Assembly: GCA_965230295.1 (NCBI GenBank)
Contig: OZ246001.1
Span: 1,664,001 to 1,728,000 of the forward strand
Length of the DNA stretch: 64,000 nt
Direction: 5' to 3'
From: Marinicella sp.
GTDB lineage: Bacteria > Pseudomonadota > Gammaproteobacteria > Xanthomonadales > Marinicellaceae
A program made the position numbers and the translations under genes. Each line of letters begins with the position of its first letter. Position 1 is the first letter of the stretch. Of the stretch, positions 28,117 to 38,437 are shown in pieces. Below the pieces are notes generated by a model. It was not told where the DNA came from, searched no databases, and worked only from the letters and a program-made list of their open reading frames with translations.

Positions 28117-28719
28117 ATGACAGTTGGAAGACCCCGAAAAGTAGATCCTGAAATTATCCTGGAAAACGCCATGCAAGTGTTCTGGGAGAAAGGCTATGAT
28201 GGCACCTCAATGGTGGACATCATGACTGCCACAGGCATGCACAAAGGCAGCTTGTATCAGACTTTTGGGGATAAAAAGTCATTGTTCATGGCAGCTTTGG
28301 CAAGATATTTGGACAGCATGTATGCTGATCAAAAACGCATCATCAGCGAGCACCAGGACCCCAGTCAAGCCATGCGAGCGGTGTTATTCCATATGTTGGA
28401 ATATTCGTACTCCGATGAGCAAGGCGACAGTCATCAGCGAGGCTGCTTAGCCGTTAACTCTTTGGTGGACAGCGCGCCTTTCGATGATGACATCCGTATT
28501 TTGATGCAGCAAAAGCACGAACGCATGATTGCTTTGATGGTAGGGGTCATTGAGCAGATTCATGCACTCAATCCACAACAACTCAGTCGCCCACCTGAAA
28601 TGGTAACCGGATTAATTGGTGTGGCGATGGAAGGGCTGAGCATTGAAATGAAAAATAACATGGCACCGGAAATGGCCAACATGATTTTAGACAACCAACT
28701 ACAATTGCTGGGCATTTGA
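28117..28719 (+). CDS. TetR/AcrR family regulator
   Basis: GRPRK...FWEKGYDGTS...GMHKGSLYQTFGDKKSLF HTH and RGCL motif. ATG 28108 overlaps the -10, so 28117 is preferred. Confidence 0.92.
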   Translation: MTVGRPRKVDPEIILENAMQVFWEKGYDGTSMVDIMTATGMHKGSLYQTFGDKKSLFMAALARYLDSMYADQKRIISEHQDPSQAMRAVLFHMLEYSYSDEQGDSHQRGCLAVNSLVDSAPFDDDIRILMQQKHERMIALMVGVIEQIHALNPQQLSRPPEMVTGLIGVAMEGLSIEMKNNMAPEMANMILDNQLQLLGI

Positions 28720-28734
28720 TTTTTTTTGACTGTT

Positions 28735-28754
28735 TTATGACCAAACGGTCATAA
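28735..28754. promoter_or_regulatory. third TetR operator, upstream of the MMPL gene
   Basis: TTATGACC-AAAC-GGTCATAA; the core is the exact reverse complement of operator 1. Confidence 0.8.
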
Positions 28755-28790
28755 ACAACGAATGATAACTCAATGAAACAGAGGTATATT

Positions 28791-31700
28791 ATGAGTAAGT
28801 ATTTTCAATCCATTGATGTGTTTGCCAGCCGCATGGCAGGCGTCATCATCAACAACCGCTTGGCGGTGATTTTAATCAGCCTGTTGGTGGTGATGCTGGC
28901 AGGTTCAGGCGGGCGGTTTTTGGATTTTTCTACCGATTACCGCGATTTTTTCTCTGATGCGAACCCTGAATTACAGGCCTTTGACCAATTACAAACCACC
29001 TACAGTAAAAATGACAACATTTTGTTTGTTTTAGAACCCAACTCAAAACAGGTGTTTTCCAATGACACCTTGGCTGCGGTTGAGTGGTTGACCGAAGAAT
29101 CGTGGCAAATTCCTTACACCCAAAGGGTGGATTCTCTGTCTAATTTCCAACACACCTACGGTTACGATGATGATTTAGTTGTTGAGGACTTGGTGGTTGA
29201 TGCCAGCTCACTGAGCTTGGAACAGCTCGACCAAATTCAACAGGTCGCCACCAACGAACCATTAATTTTCAAACAATTGCTGAGTGAAAATAATGAATTA
29301 ACCTCGGTTGCTGTGACATTAAACTTCCCTCAAAAGAGTGTTCAGGAAGTACCTGAATCAGTGGCCAAAGCACGTGAGTTAAAAGCTGAACTGCTTGAAA
29401 AATTTCCAGACATTACGGTATACATCAGTGGCGTGTCGATGCTGAACAACGCCTTTGCCGAAGCCGGCTTTGGGGACATGGGAACTTTGGTGCCATTGAT
29501 GTTTTTGGTTATCATCCTCATGACGTTACTGATCATGCGCTCTTTCAGTGCCACATTTGCCACCTTGGTAGTGATTGTGCTGTCATCCATGTTTGCGATG
29601 GGAATGGCAGGTTATTTTGGCATCAAACTGACACCGATTGCCGGTTCTGCACCAACCATTATATTAACTCTGGCCATTGCTGACTCGTTACACATCTTAA
29701 TCACACTGAAAAGCTTGATGCGCGATGGCATGGAAAAATCCAAAGCCATCATTGAAGCCGTGCGGGTCAACTTCATGCCAGTAACCATCACCTCACTGAC
29801 CACCATCATTGGCTTTTTGGCATTGAACTTTTCAGACTCACCCCCCTTTTGGCATTTAGGTAACATCACCGCCATGGGCATCTTTGCGGCTTGGATTTTA
29901 TCTTTAACTTTATTACCAGCGATAATGAACTTACTGCCTTATTCAGTCAAAGTAAGAGACCATGGTGAAACTTCTTTGATGGATAAACTGGGGCAGTTTG
30001 TGGTTTCCTACCCCAAGAGGTTGATTGCCGTTCTTGGCTTATCCACTTTGGTTTTGATCACTTTCATTCCTAAGATTGAGTTGAATGATCAGTGGTCTGA
30101 ATATTTTGATGAATCTGTTCAATTCCGAAAAGACACTGATGAGGTGGTCAAAAACTTTGGCATTTATCCCGTTGAGTTCTCTTTGCCCGCCAAAGGTCCC
30201 AATCAAATATCTAATCCTGAATACCTCAATCACTTAGAACGATTCAGTGAGTATTTAGCACAACAAGAACATGTTACCCATGTCTATTCATTTTCTGAAA
30301 TCATCAAACGCTTGAATAAAAACTTGCACGCTGATGATCCCAGTTATTTCAAGATTCCTGACAACCAGGATTTAGCGGCTCAATACTTGTTACTGTATGA
30401 AATGTCCCTGCCTTTTGGGTTGGACTTGAATGACCGAGTGAACATCGACAAATCAGCAACCCGAGTGACCGCCACACTGGCCAACACATCTACAGCACAA
30501 ACCAAGGTCATGCTTGAAAACTCTAAAAAGTGGATTCAGGACAACTTGCCTGATTACATGCAAGACACCTTACCAACCAGTGCTCAGGTGATGTTTACCT
30601 ACATTGCTGAACGAAATGTGGTTAACATGGTCGGCGGTACCATCGGCGCCATTTTACTGATTTCCATTATTTTGATGATCTCTTTGATGAACTGGCGTTT
30701 GGGCTTGCTCAGTTTAGTGCCCAATGGCCTTCCCATATTAGCAACCTTTGGAACGTGGGCCTTGTTGGTGGGTGAGGTTGGCTTTTCCGTGGCCACTGTC
30801 GCCTCCATTTCTCTGGGTATCATTGTTGATGACACCGTCCACTTTCTGTCCAAATACGTCCGAGCCCGAAACGAAAAAGGTTTCAATGCTGCCGACTCGG
30901 TTAAATACGCTTATCGCAATGTTGGCGTGGCCATATTGGTAAATACAGTGATATTAACCGCAGGCTTTTTGGTGTTGACCACATCTTCTTTCAAAATCAA
31001 TTTTGACATGGGAATGCTCACTGCCATTGCAATCGTTTTTGCGCTGTTACTCGACTTTTTATTACTGCCTGCTTTGTTGGTCTTTTTTGACCGCAAAGAG
31101 GTCACACCGAAAACCCAATTAAATACAGGAGAACCTGCCATGAAACCAATCAAATCTGCTGCTGCCATGACCACTTTGTTGTTGCTCAGTTTACCAATGG
31201 TGTCCATGTCCCAAACCACTGATGAGACACTTAAAAATAAAGGCTATGATGTGTCCGCCAGATCAGACCGTTCAGATCGGGGCTTTTTAGACAGTGAAGT
31301 CGATGTCACCATGGTATTGAAAAATGCCGCGGGGCAAGAAACCACCCGATCGATGACTTTCACCACCTTGGAGGTCCCCAATGAAGACAAGGGTGACAAG
31401 AGCCTGGTGGTTTTTAATACCCCTAAAGATGTAGAAGGGACCGCTTTGCTTTCCCATGCAAAAATGATCAAACCCGATGACCAATGGTTATTTTTACCTG
31501 CATTAAAAAGGGTCAAAAGGATTTCTTCAAAAAACAAGTCTGGCCCTTTTGTGGGGTCTGAGTTTGCCTTTGAAGACTTCACCTCCACCGAGCTCAATAA
31601 ATATGATTACACCTGGTTGCGTGAAGAAGCCTGTGGTGAACTTAACTGTGATGTGGTTCAACGCACGCCCAGGTATGAGCATTCAGGCTATACCAAGCAA

Positions 31701-31946
31701 ATTGCTTGGATCGATCAAACAGATTTTCAGTTAAGAAAAGTCGATTTTTATGACCGCAGAGACAGCCTATTGAAAACCCTGACTTTGTCTGATTACCGCA
31801 ATTATGACGGTGTGTGGCGCAGCCATAAACTTTCCATGGTCAATCAAACCAATGGCAAGAGCACTGATTTGATTTATGGTGATTACACTTTCAAGGTGGG
31901 GTTGGGCGATCATGATTTTGTTAAAGGGAAGCTGGCCGAGCTTTAA
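28791..31946 (+). CDS. MMPL/RND family transporter fused in frame to an outer-membrane lipoprotein-sorting (LolA-like) protein
   Basis: Two MMPL repeats (LAIADSLH, GIIVDDTVH), then from 31140 a signal peptide and LolA-like domain (DDQWLFLPALKRVKRI, FVGSEFAFED); GAGGT RBS before ATG 28791. Confidence 0.88.
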   Translation: MSKYFQSIDVFASRMAGVIINNRLAVILISLLVVMLAGSGGRFLDFSTDYRDFFSDANPELQAFDQLQTTYSKNDNILFVLEPNSKQVFSNDTLAAVEWLTEESWQIPYTQRVDSLSNFQHTYGYDDDLVVEDLVVDASSLSLEQLDQIQQVATNEPLIFKQLLSENNELTSVAVTLNFPQKSVQEVPESVAKARELKAELLEKFPDITVYISGVSMLNNAFAEAGFGDMGTLVPLMFLVIILMTLLIMRSFSATFATLVVIVLSSMFAMGMAGYFGIKLTPIAGSAPTIILTLAIADSLHILITLKSLMRDGMEKSKAIIEAVRVNFMPVTITSLTTIIGFLALNFSDSPPFWHLGNITAMGIFAAWILSLTLLPAIMNLLPYSVKVRDHGETSLMDKLGQFVVSYPKRLIAVLGLSTLVLITFIPKIELNDQWSEYFDESVQFRKDTDEVVKNFGIYPVEFSLPAKGPNQISNPEYLNHLERFSEYLAQQEHVTHVYSFSEIIKRLNKNLHADDPSYFKIPDNQDLAAQYLLLYEMSLPFGLDLNDRVNIDKSATRVTATLANTSTAQTKVMLENSKKWIQDNLPDYMQDTLPTSAQVMFTYIAERNVVNMVGGTIGAILLISIILMISLMNWRLGLLSLVPNGLPILATFGTWALLVGEVGFSVATVASISLGIIVDDTVHFLSKYVRARNEKGFNAADSVKYAYRNVGVAILVNTVILTAGFLVLTTSSFKINFDMGMLTAIAIVFALLLDFLLLPALLVFFDRKEVTPKTQLNTGEPAMKPIKSAAAMTTLLLLSLPMVSMSQTTDETLKNKGYDVSARSDRSDRGFLDSEVDVTMVLKNAAGQETTRSMTFTTLEVPNEDKGDKSLVVFNTPKDVEGTALLSHAKMIKPDDQWLFLPALKRVKRISSKNKSGPFVGSEFAFEDFTSTELNKYDYTWLREEACGELNCDVVQRTPRYEHSGYTKQIAWIDQTDFQLRKVDFYDRRDSLLKTLTLSDYRNYDGVWRSHKLSMVNQTNGKSTDLIYGDYTFKVGLGDHDFVKGKLAEL

Positions 31947-31961
31947 GTTAAATTTTTTGTA

Positions 31962-33212
31962 ATGAAAACCATGTTTATTAACTCTATTGAACAACAGCAA
32001 AGATTCTTGGGAATTCACCTCTCCCATAGAATGGGCTTGATATTTATCTTACTCACACTAAGCTGTGTCTTCCCTGCACAGTCCGAGGAAATTGATTTCT
32101 CGGTAAATATTGGCCTTGAAACCAGGGGGTTCTTTCAGGACCCCTTGTTTTCTTCCCAATCTAACGACATCAATGCTTCATTATTTGTTGAGCCTGAATG
32201 GAAGTGGCGCTCTGCTGACCGCAAACATCGCTTCAGTGCCATTGGTTTTTTACGCTGGGACGAACAAGACAGTAAAAGAACACATGTGGACTTGCGTGAA
32301 CTCTATTGGTCATACAGTCACCAGGGTTGGACCACATTGGTTGGTGTGAACAAAGTCTTTTGGGGGGTCACAGAGTCCGTCCATTTGGTCGATGTGATCA
32401 ACCAAACCGATGCTGTCGAAGACATCGACCAAGAAGACAAACTCGGACAACCCATGATCCAGATCAGCCGCCAACTCGATTGGGGCCGTATGGATTTATT
32501 TGTCCTACATTATTTCCGAACCCGAACCTTTGCGGGTCCTGAAGGGCGTTTTGGTTTGGGGTTACCAGTCAGCAATGACGCGCTCTATGAGTCTTCTGCT
32601 GAGGAAACGCACACCGACTTGGCCTTGCGCTATTCGCATTACTTTGGTGATCTGGATGTGGGCATTCATTTGTTCAAAGGCACAGACCGAGAACCTTTGC
32701 TCGTCCCCAATAACAACCAGGACACTTTGGTTCCTTTCTACCAACAAATGAATCAATTTGGCATCGACTTACAATACACCACCGATGCCTGGTTATGGAA
32801 ACTGGAAAGCATTTACCGCGACACCACTGTTGACCAGTTTTGGGCCGCTGTGGGCGGTTTTGAATACACCTTTTATCAAATCAATGAAAGTGATGCCGAC
32901 TTGGGTGTGTTGTTAGAGTATCAGTACGATGACCGCAACCGCTTCAGCGCACCGGTCACCGCTGACAACGATGTTTTTATCGCTGCCCGCCTGGCCATGA
33001 ATGACAGCAAAGACACTTCTGTTCTCGGCGGCTTCAGTTATGACTTGGACAACGATTCCATGTTTGTTAATGTTGAAGCCGAAACACGATTGACAGACCA
33101 CCTGACTGCTGAATTGCGGGTCCGTTTGTTTACTCAAGTTGACCCCGGTGATAATGCCTATGTGTTCAACCGCAACGACTATGTGCAATTAACGCTTAAC
33201 TGGTTTTATTGA
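31962..33212 (+). CDS. outer-membrane beta-barrel hypothetical protein (usual partner of MMPL/LolA-like operons)
   Basis: DLRELYW and VFWGVTESVHLVDVINQTD motifs; aromatic C-terminus NWFY; true start may be ATG 32031. Confidence 0.75.
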   Translation: MKTMFINSIEQQQRFLGIHLSHRMGLIFILLTLSCVFPAQSEEIDFSVNIGLETRGFFQDPLFSSQSNDINASLFVEPEWKWRSADRKHRFSAIGFLRWDEQDSKRTHVDLRELYWSYSHQGWTTLVGVNKVFWGVTESVHLVDVINQTDAVEDIDQEDKLGQPMIQISRQLDWGRMDLFVLHYFRTRTFAGPEGRFGLGLPVSNDALYESSAEETHTDLALRYSHYFGDLDVGIHLFKGTDREPLLVPNNNQDTLVPFYQQMNQFGIDLQYTTDAWLWKLESIYRDTTVDQFWAAVGGFEYTFYQINESDADLGVLLEYQYDDRNRFSAPVTADNDVFIAARLAMNDSKDTSVLGGFSYDLDNDSMFVNVEAETRLTDHLTAELRVRLFTQVDPGDNAYVFNRNDYVQLTLNWFY

Positions 33213-33226
33213 GGTATGCGCACCTG

Positions 33227-34015
33227 TCACGCGGGCAAAGAATAATTGGCCTGCGTGACATGATCCACACCACAATCTAAGTCACTGATCCAATCCAGAA
33301 ACTGATTGATCACTTCTCGACCTTTGAAAGCCTTGCCATGCTGCGGAACCATCATTTCTAGGTCCAGTTTCTTCACCATCCTGGCCCACAACCGAGTGGC
33401 TCTGTTGGAACACATGTATCGCTCATGAAACCCCTTCATGAAAGGTATGTGAGCCATGAAATCAGTAACAAACAGATCCTCTGAATCTTGACCAATTGAT
33501 GCGCCCATGTCTCCTGAAAACAGAATTTTACTGACCGGGTCATACATTTGAAAATTACCCACCGAATGTAAAAAGTGTGCTGGAATCAAAAGCAATTCAC
33601 TGTCACCAAATGGTAGTTTCAAACCTTGATCTGGTATTTCAATCACCCTGTTGTTGAAGTCACCTATTTGTTTATCAACATGGGACGAAAGCAAGTGGGG
33701 CAGAAATCGACCCCATAATTTTGATACCAAAACCTGACATGAGGTGTTCATTACCCACCGATCAATCGAAGCAATGATGTCCGGATCCTGATGAGATGCA
33801 AAGATAAAATTGAGGTTTTTGGTGTTGATGAATCGAGTGATCGCTATATTCAGCGGAATGTATGTCAAGTCTCCACCCGGATCCAGCAAAATGGATTTTT
33901 CTCCATTGACGATCAAGAACTGGTTGGATTGAACACCTTGACCAGTCACCAAATCTATAAAGGCCAGACAATAGTGCCCCCCTCTGCGATACAAAACTTC
34001 CGGTTTTCCTGCCAT
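33227..34015 (-). CDS. MBL-fold oxygen-binding di-iron protein (ODP-like)
   Basis: DPGG, SHQDPD, AHFLHSVGN, FSGD and PQHG motifs; no flavodoxin domain. Confidence 0.8.
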   Translation of the reverse strand: MAGKPEVLYRRGGHYCLAFIDLVTGQGVQSNQFLIVNGEKSILLDPGGDLTYIPLNIAITRFINTKNLNFIFASHQDPDIIASIDRWVMNTSCQVLVSKLWGRFLPHLLSSHVDKQIGDFNNRVIEIPDQGLKLPFGDSELLLIPAHFLHSVGNFQMYDPVSKILFSGDMGASIGQDSEDLFVTDFMAHIPFMKGFHERYMCSNRATRLWARMVKKLDLEMMVPQHGKAFKGREVINQFLDWISDLDCGVDHVTQANYSLPA

Positions 34016-34080
34016 TTCATGCCCATACTTTAGAAAGTTGTTATTCTATGCACAGGCGGGTTTTATGTGTTTGATTATTG

Positions 34081-35895
34081 TCAAACCTCCGATTGATTCT
34101 GTTTGATCAGGCCTATGATTTTCCAGTCTGCATGTAATTTTGCGGTCGCTTCGTCCCGGGTAAATACATGTAAATGTTTGCCGTTGGGAGACACCCCAAA
34201 CAAGGGGATGACCTGGCTGTCGTACTGTTGTAAATAAGCCTCATAATCAAACTCTTCTGTTAATGAAGTGGTCTTGATTTGGGCTCCCTGACCCAACCAA
34301 CTGGCCAACTTGGCATAGGTCACATCTTTATCAAACAACTGTCTTGCCAAGCCCTCACCGGCAACGGCATGTTTGTTTTCTGATTTGTTTTTTTCTTCAT
34401 TATTCAACACAAAAATGTTGGCCACGCCAAATTCGTTTTTATACCGTGTGGCCGCTAAATAGTTCAAATCCTTGTTCATTGACAACGCCATCAGTTTACC
34501 GATGCCGATCAAATCTAAATGATGATCGGCATGTTCCGAAACCACATTGCCATAATAGGTTTTCAAATCCTTCATGCGGGCTTCACGGATATACCGCCAG
34601 TGTGAATCACTCAACAGGCAATCGAATCCGTGCTGTTTCAAAGCTTCAGCGATGGCAATGGCCACCGGGTTACTACCCACCACCAAAATACCCTTGGCCT
34701 CTGAATTGGCCACGCCCAGTTTATTGGACAGCATGCCTGCCGTTGCTGACTGAAACACCACCGTACCAATGATGACCATGAAGGTTAAAGACACCAGTAA
34801 ACTGGCTTCGGCATAGCCTTGTTGTTCAAGTTTAAGTGCGAATAGGGCAGAAACCGCTGCGGCCACAATACCCCTTGGGGCAATCCATGACAGCACCACT
34901 TTTTCTTTAATACTCAAGTCTGAGCCCCAGGTTGAGACCCAAATTTTTAACGGTCTGGCCACAAACTGCACCACCAACAACAGCAATAACGACAACCACC
35001 CTATTTGTAAAAACTGTTGTAGGTCCAGACGTGCTGCCAAAATGATGAACAGGCCTGATATCAACAACACGGTCAGTGATTCTTTGAAGTTTAAGATGTC
35101 TTCAATGGGGGTGTTTTTGCTGTTGGCCAACCACATACCCATCACGGTTACCGTCAACAATCCCGATTCATGGGCCAGAAAATCTGAAAAGGCAAATACT
35201 GCAAAAACCAAGGTGAGGGTGAACACGTTGTGCAAATATTCTGGCATCCAATGGCGACGCAAGACCTGGCCCATCAATTCACCTGCCAACGCGCCCAGCA
35301 AGCCACCCACCAGCAAGATCCGACCAAACTCCAAGCCCACATCAAATAAACCTGCCGCATCTTGAGAAGAAATGATGAAGTTAAACACCAGCACCGCCAA
35401 TAAAGCACCGATGGGGTCGATCACTATGCCTTCCCAACGCAGCACATTGGCCACTTTCTTATTCAGTTTCAGGATGCGCAACATCGGAACAATGACCGTG
35501 GGTCCAGTCACCACCACCAATGAGCCAAACAATAACGACAACAACCACGATAAACCCAGCAACCAATGAGTGGCTCCGGCGATGGTCAACCAAGTCACCA
35601 GCATGCCCACAGTCACCATGCGTCTGACCACCGATTCCAAACCTCTGATTTGGCGAAAATTCAGCGTCAATGCCCCTTCGAACAAGATCACTGCCACAGC
35701 CAATGACACCATCGGAAACAACAAGTCACCAAACAACAAATCCGGATCGATCAAGCCTGTGACAGGCTTGCCCAATACGATGCCTAAGACCAACAGCAAT
35801 AAAATTGATGGTAGTTTTAACCACCATGCCAACCACTGCGCCATGGATCCCAGAATACCAATCAGCGCAATAGACAACATCATGTGTTCAGACAT
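34081..35895 (-). CDS. CPA1 (NhaP-type) cation/proton antiporter with C-terminal RCK/TrkA-N-like domain
   Basis: ILFEG, TGPTV, WEGIVIDP and APRGIVAAAVS motifs; cytoplasmic tail. Confidence 0.9.
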   Translation of the reverse strand: MSEHMMLSIALIGILGSMAQWLAWWLKLPSILLLLVLGIVLGKPVTGLIDPDLLFGDLLFPMVSLAVAVILFEGALTLNFRQIRGLESVVRRMVTVGMLVTWLTIAGATHWLLGLSWLLSLLFGSLVVVTGPTVIVPMLRILKLNKKVANVLRWEGIVIDPIGALLAVLVFNFIISSQDAAGLFDVGLEFGRILLVGGLLGALAGELMGQVLRRHWMPEYLHNVFTLTLVFAVFAFSDFLAHESGLLTVTVMGMWLANSKNTPIEDILNFKESLTVLLISGLFIILAARLDLQQFLQIGWLSLLLLLVVQFVARPLKIWVSTWGSDLSIKEKVVLSWIAPRGIVAAAVSALFALKLEQQGYAEASLLVSLTFMVIIGTVVFQSATAGMLSNKLGVANSEAKGILVVGSNPVAIAIAEALKQHGFDCLLSDSHWRYIREARMKDLKTYYGNVVSEHADHHLDLIGIGKLMALSMNKDLNYLAATRYKNEFGVANIFVLNNEEKNKSENKHAVAGEGLARQLFDKDVTYAKLASWLGQGAQIKTTSLTEEFDYEAYLQQYDSQVIPLFGVSPNGKHLHVFTRDEATAKLHADWKIIGLIKQNQSEV

Positions 35896-35901
35896 TCAGT
35901 A

Positions 35902-36690
35902 TCAGTCCTGTACTTCTTGGATTTTCAAATTCGACAGTTTCTTCGAATACCTGGACTGCACAATTTCTGTGATCACCAACACAGCAATCACAAAATAAAA
36001 TGTCGCTTTGCTCATTTGGGTGATTTCTTGACCGAAGAACTTCAGATGGGCAATGTGGCCACCTTCCGACAACAACATGACCCCTACAATGAATAAGATA
36101 AACAAACCCAACACCTCATACATCCGGTTTTTTTGTAAGAATGCAGCAATGGAATCAGCCAACCAAACCATCAAGCCTGCACCAATCAAGATGGCCGTGG
36201 CCATCACGATGTAATTGTCCGTCAACGCCATGGCGCTGAGGATCGAATCAAAAGAGAACACCACATTCATGGTCACTATCAAAACCAATGCCGTGGTAAA
36301 GGATGACTTCTTGTCTTTCTCTTCTGCCATTTGGTCTTCCAAAGACAGCATGTGCCAGATCTCTTTCATCGCGGTATAGATAATAAAAGCGCCACCGAGC
36401 AACACCACCACAGCCCTGAGATTAAATGAGCCTTCTACCACACCTTCCCAGGCCAAAGTAAAAAAGGGTTCGGTGAAGTAAGACAACAGTTTCAACAGAC
36501 CAAACAGCAGAATCAAGCGGAATAAAACGGCCAGCCAAATGCCCGTTTTCCGTAGTTTTGATTGCTTAGACTCTTCAACCCGCTGTGATTCAATGATGAT
36601 GTACAGCAGATTATCAAAACCCAACACTGCTTGAAGCAGCACCAACATACCTAAAGTGAATAGATTTTCTATCGTGAACAACCCTTCCAT
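35902..36690 (-). CDS. TerC family membrane protein
   Basis: LQAVLGFDNL and NVVFSFDSILSA motifs. Confidence 0.9.
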   Translation of the reverse strand: MEGLFTIENLFTLGMLVLLQAVLGFDNLLYIIIESQRVEESKQSKLRKTGIWLAVLFRLILLFGLLKLLSYFTEPFFTLAWEGVVEGSFNLRAVVVLLGGAFIIYTAMKEIWHMLSLEDQMAEEKDKKSSFTTALVLIVTMNVVFSFDSILSAMALTDNYIVMATAILIGAGLMVWLADSIAAFLQKNRMYEVLGLFILFIVGVMLLSEGGHIAHLKFFGQEITQMSKATFYFVIAVLVITEIVQSRYSKKLSNLKIQEVQD

Positions 36691-36764
36691 TGCCGACCTC
36701 TTTGAATAAAAACAATTATTGTTATCTTTCCAGAGGGCTTTTTCAAGGAGAAAAACAGGGTGGT

Positions 36765-37631
36765 TTATTTTTGTCGACTTGGCTGGGTTGCGACCATCAC
36801 CATATAAACCCCACCCAACACCAACAATGAAGCAATGATCAACCGACTTGTCATGGCTTCTCCAACCAACCAGACCCCACCGATGGCTGCGATGATGGGA
36901 ACCAACAGCTGTACCACGCCCGCCTGAGTCGATCGCAACTCAGGCAATACAGCATACCAAATGGCGTAACCCAATCCAGATGTGACGGCTCCTGAAATGA
37001 CAGCCAACCAAACACCTTTGGTGGTCCACAAATGCGGCTGGAAAACCACCAAACAAAGCACCAAAACCAATGGTAAGGCATAAAGAAAGTTTTTGGTGGT
37101 GTCTGCTAAAGCCGAAACCGAACCTTGACCAGCTATCGTGTAAAACCCCCAGGCCATGCCACTGAGTGACATCAACACAAAACCCAATAAAGTTGGGGTG
37201 CCCCAAGCTGGTATCATCAGATATATCAGCCCGGTAAAAGCCAACAACACCCCTAACCATTCCAACGCACCAGGTCTTTGACCCTTGAAAAAACTGGTCA
37301 GCAGTATGGTCAACTGGACCGCACCAAATAATATCAATGCCCCACTGCCGGTTTCCAGCAACACATAGGCATAGGAAAAGAACAGCGCATAAGCAAACAA
37401 CAACAGCGCTCCGAACCATGAACGTCGGGTGGGCTTGAACAGCGAATCTGTGTTTGGTGGTTTGTTTTGCAAAAATAACAATAACAAGACCAGTGTGATC
37501 GCGCCTGCCAATAACCTCACCGATGTAAAACCCGCCACATCCATCAGGCCTTGGCCCAATGCCAAACGACACAACACCGAGTTACCCGCAAAGGCGAGTA
37601 GCGCCAAGCCTGTGTACAACACTGTTTTCAA
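36765..37631 (-). CDS. DMT/EamA family transporter
   Basis: 10 TM helices; AFAGNSVLCRLAL and SGLGYAIWY; TTG start overlaps the cyclase stop. Confidence 0.9.
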   Translation of the reverse strand: MKTVLYTGLALLAFAGNSVLCRLALGQGLMDVAGFTSVRLLAGAITLVLLLLFLQNKPPNTDSLFKPTRRSWFGALLLFAYALFFSYAYVLLETGSGALILFGAVQLTILLTSFFKGQRPGALEWLGVLLAFTGLIYLMIPAWGTPTLLGFVLMSLSGMAWGFYTIAGQGSVSALADTTKNFLYALPLVLVLCLVVFQPHLWTTKGVWLAVISGAVTSGLGYAIWYAVLPELRSTQAGVVQLLVPIIAAIGGVWLVGEAMTSRLIIASLLVLGGVYMVMVATQPSRQK

Positions 37632-38437
37632 GAGGGGTCTTTGGTGGCTGTTTGCACACCATATAGTGCGGGATTACTGGGCACGGCATTGAGGTTTAAA
37701 CGCGGCACCTGCAGGTTCAGTATATAAGGACCATCTTTCAGCTCGTTGGGAACGTAAACCATTTCAGTGATGGTTTTGTGGTGGTGTTGTTCAACAGTTC
37801 TCTGGTGTGAACCAGGCTCGATGTTCCAAAACAAGCGGTGGTTGCTCAATAGACCATCATCATGCAGTCGGTCCACTGAAGGCAGATCCACCAACAGGTG
37901 CTCTATTGACGTTTCATCTGCCAGCCACTGCATCGCTTCGTTGCTGAAAAAGGCCGGCTGCATGTCTTGTCCGTAGCGGTGGGTAAGCTTGGCATTGGAG
38001 TTGGGTAAAGTTCTGATAATTAAGGCTTTTACACCCTTGTGTAAGCTTTTCTTTACGGCTGTCAATTGGTGCTTGCAAATCACCTTATCGCCTGGCTCCA
38101 ACGCTGGTTGGTAACTGTCCATTGAAACATAAGTCACTGGTTCAATAGTCACCAACAATGCCTGAATCAAGGGTTGCTTGATCACTTCATGGGGAGCGAT
38201 CAGGTCATCGATCACATGCGAAATACTTTCGGTGTGGGTGCCATTACAATGAGGATTGAAACTGACATCTTGGGCATTACAGGAACCGCCCTGGGTGGTG
38301 TCGCCAATAAAATCACCCGCTTGCATGGGCACAGCCGATGCACCATTGGCACCAAAATGGTTAGGCTGAGGTCCATCGAAATTCATCGGAATGGCTATTG
38401 AAGTCGGCGGCTTGGTTAAATGAGCGCGACCGGCCAT
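37628..38437 (-). CDS. cyclase family protein (probable kynurenine formamidase)
   Basis: NPHCNGTHTE, LIIRT, DLPSVD and TITEM motifs; ATG 38437 coupled to the ACMSD stop (TGATG). Confidence 0.8.
   Translation of the reverse strand: MAGRAHLTKPPTSIAIPMNFDGPQPNHFGANGASAVPMQAGDFIGDTTQGGSCNAQDVSFNPHCNGTHTESISHVIDDLIAPHEVIKQPLIQALLVTIEPVTYVSMDSYQPALEPGDKVICKHQLTAVKKSLHKGVKALIIRTLPNSNAKLTHRYGQDMQPAFFSNEAMQWLADETSIEHLLVDLPSVDRLHDDGLLSNHRLFWNIEPGSHQRTVEQHHHKTITEMVYVPNELKDGPYILNLQVPRLNLNAVPSNPALYGVQTATKDPS

Noticed and set aside
36940-37572. 210-aa alternative-frame ORF inside the DMT gene, and similar shadow ORFs (e.g. 1086-1589, 15552-16049, 38398-38880, 53564-54028)
   Set aside because: Fully overlapped by well-supported genes and without motifs; typical off-frame or antisense shadows.
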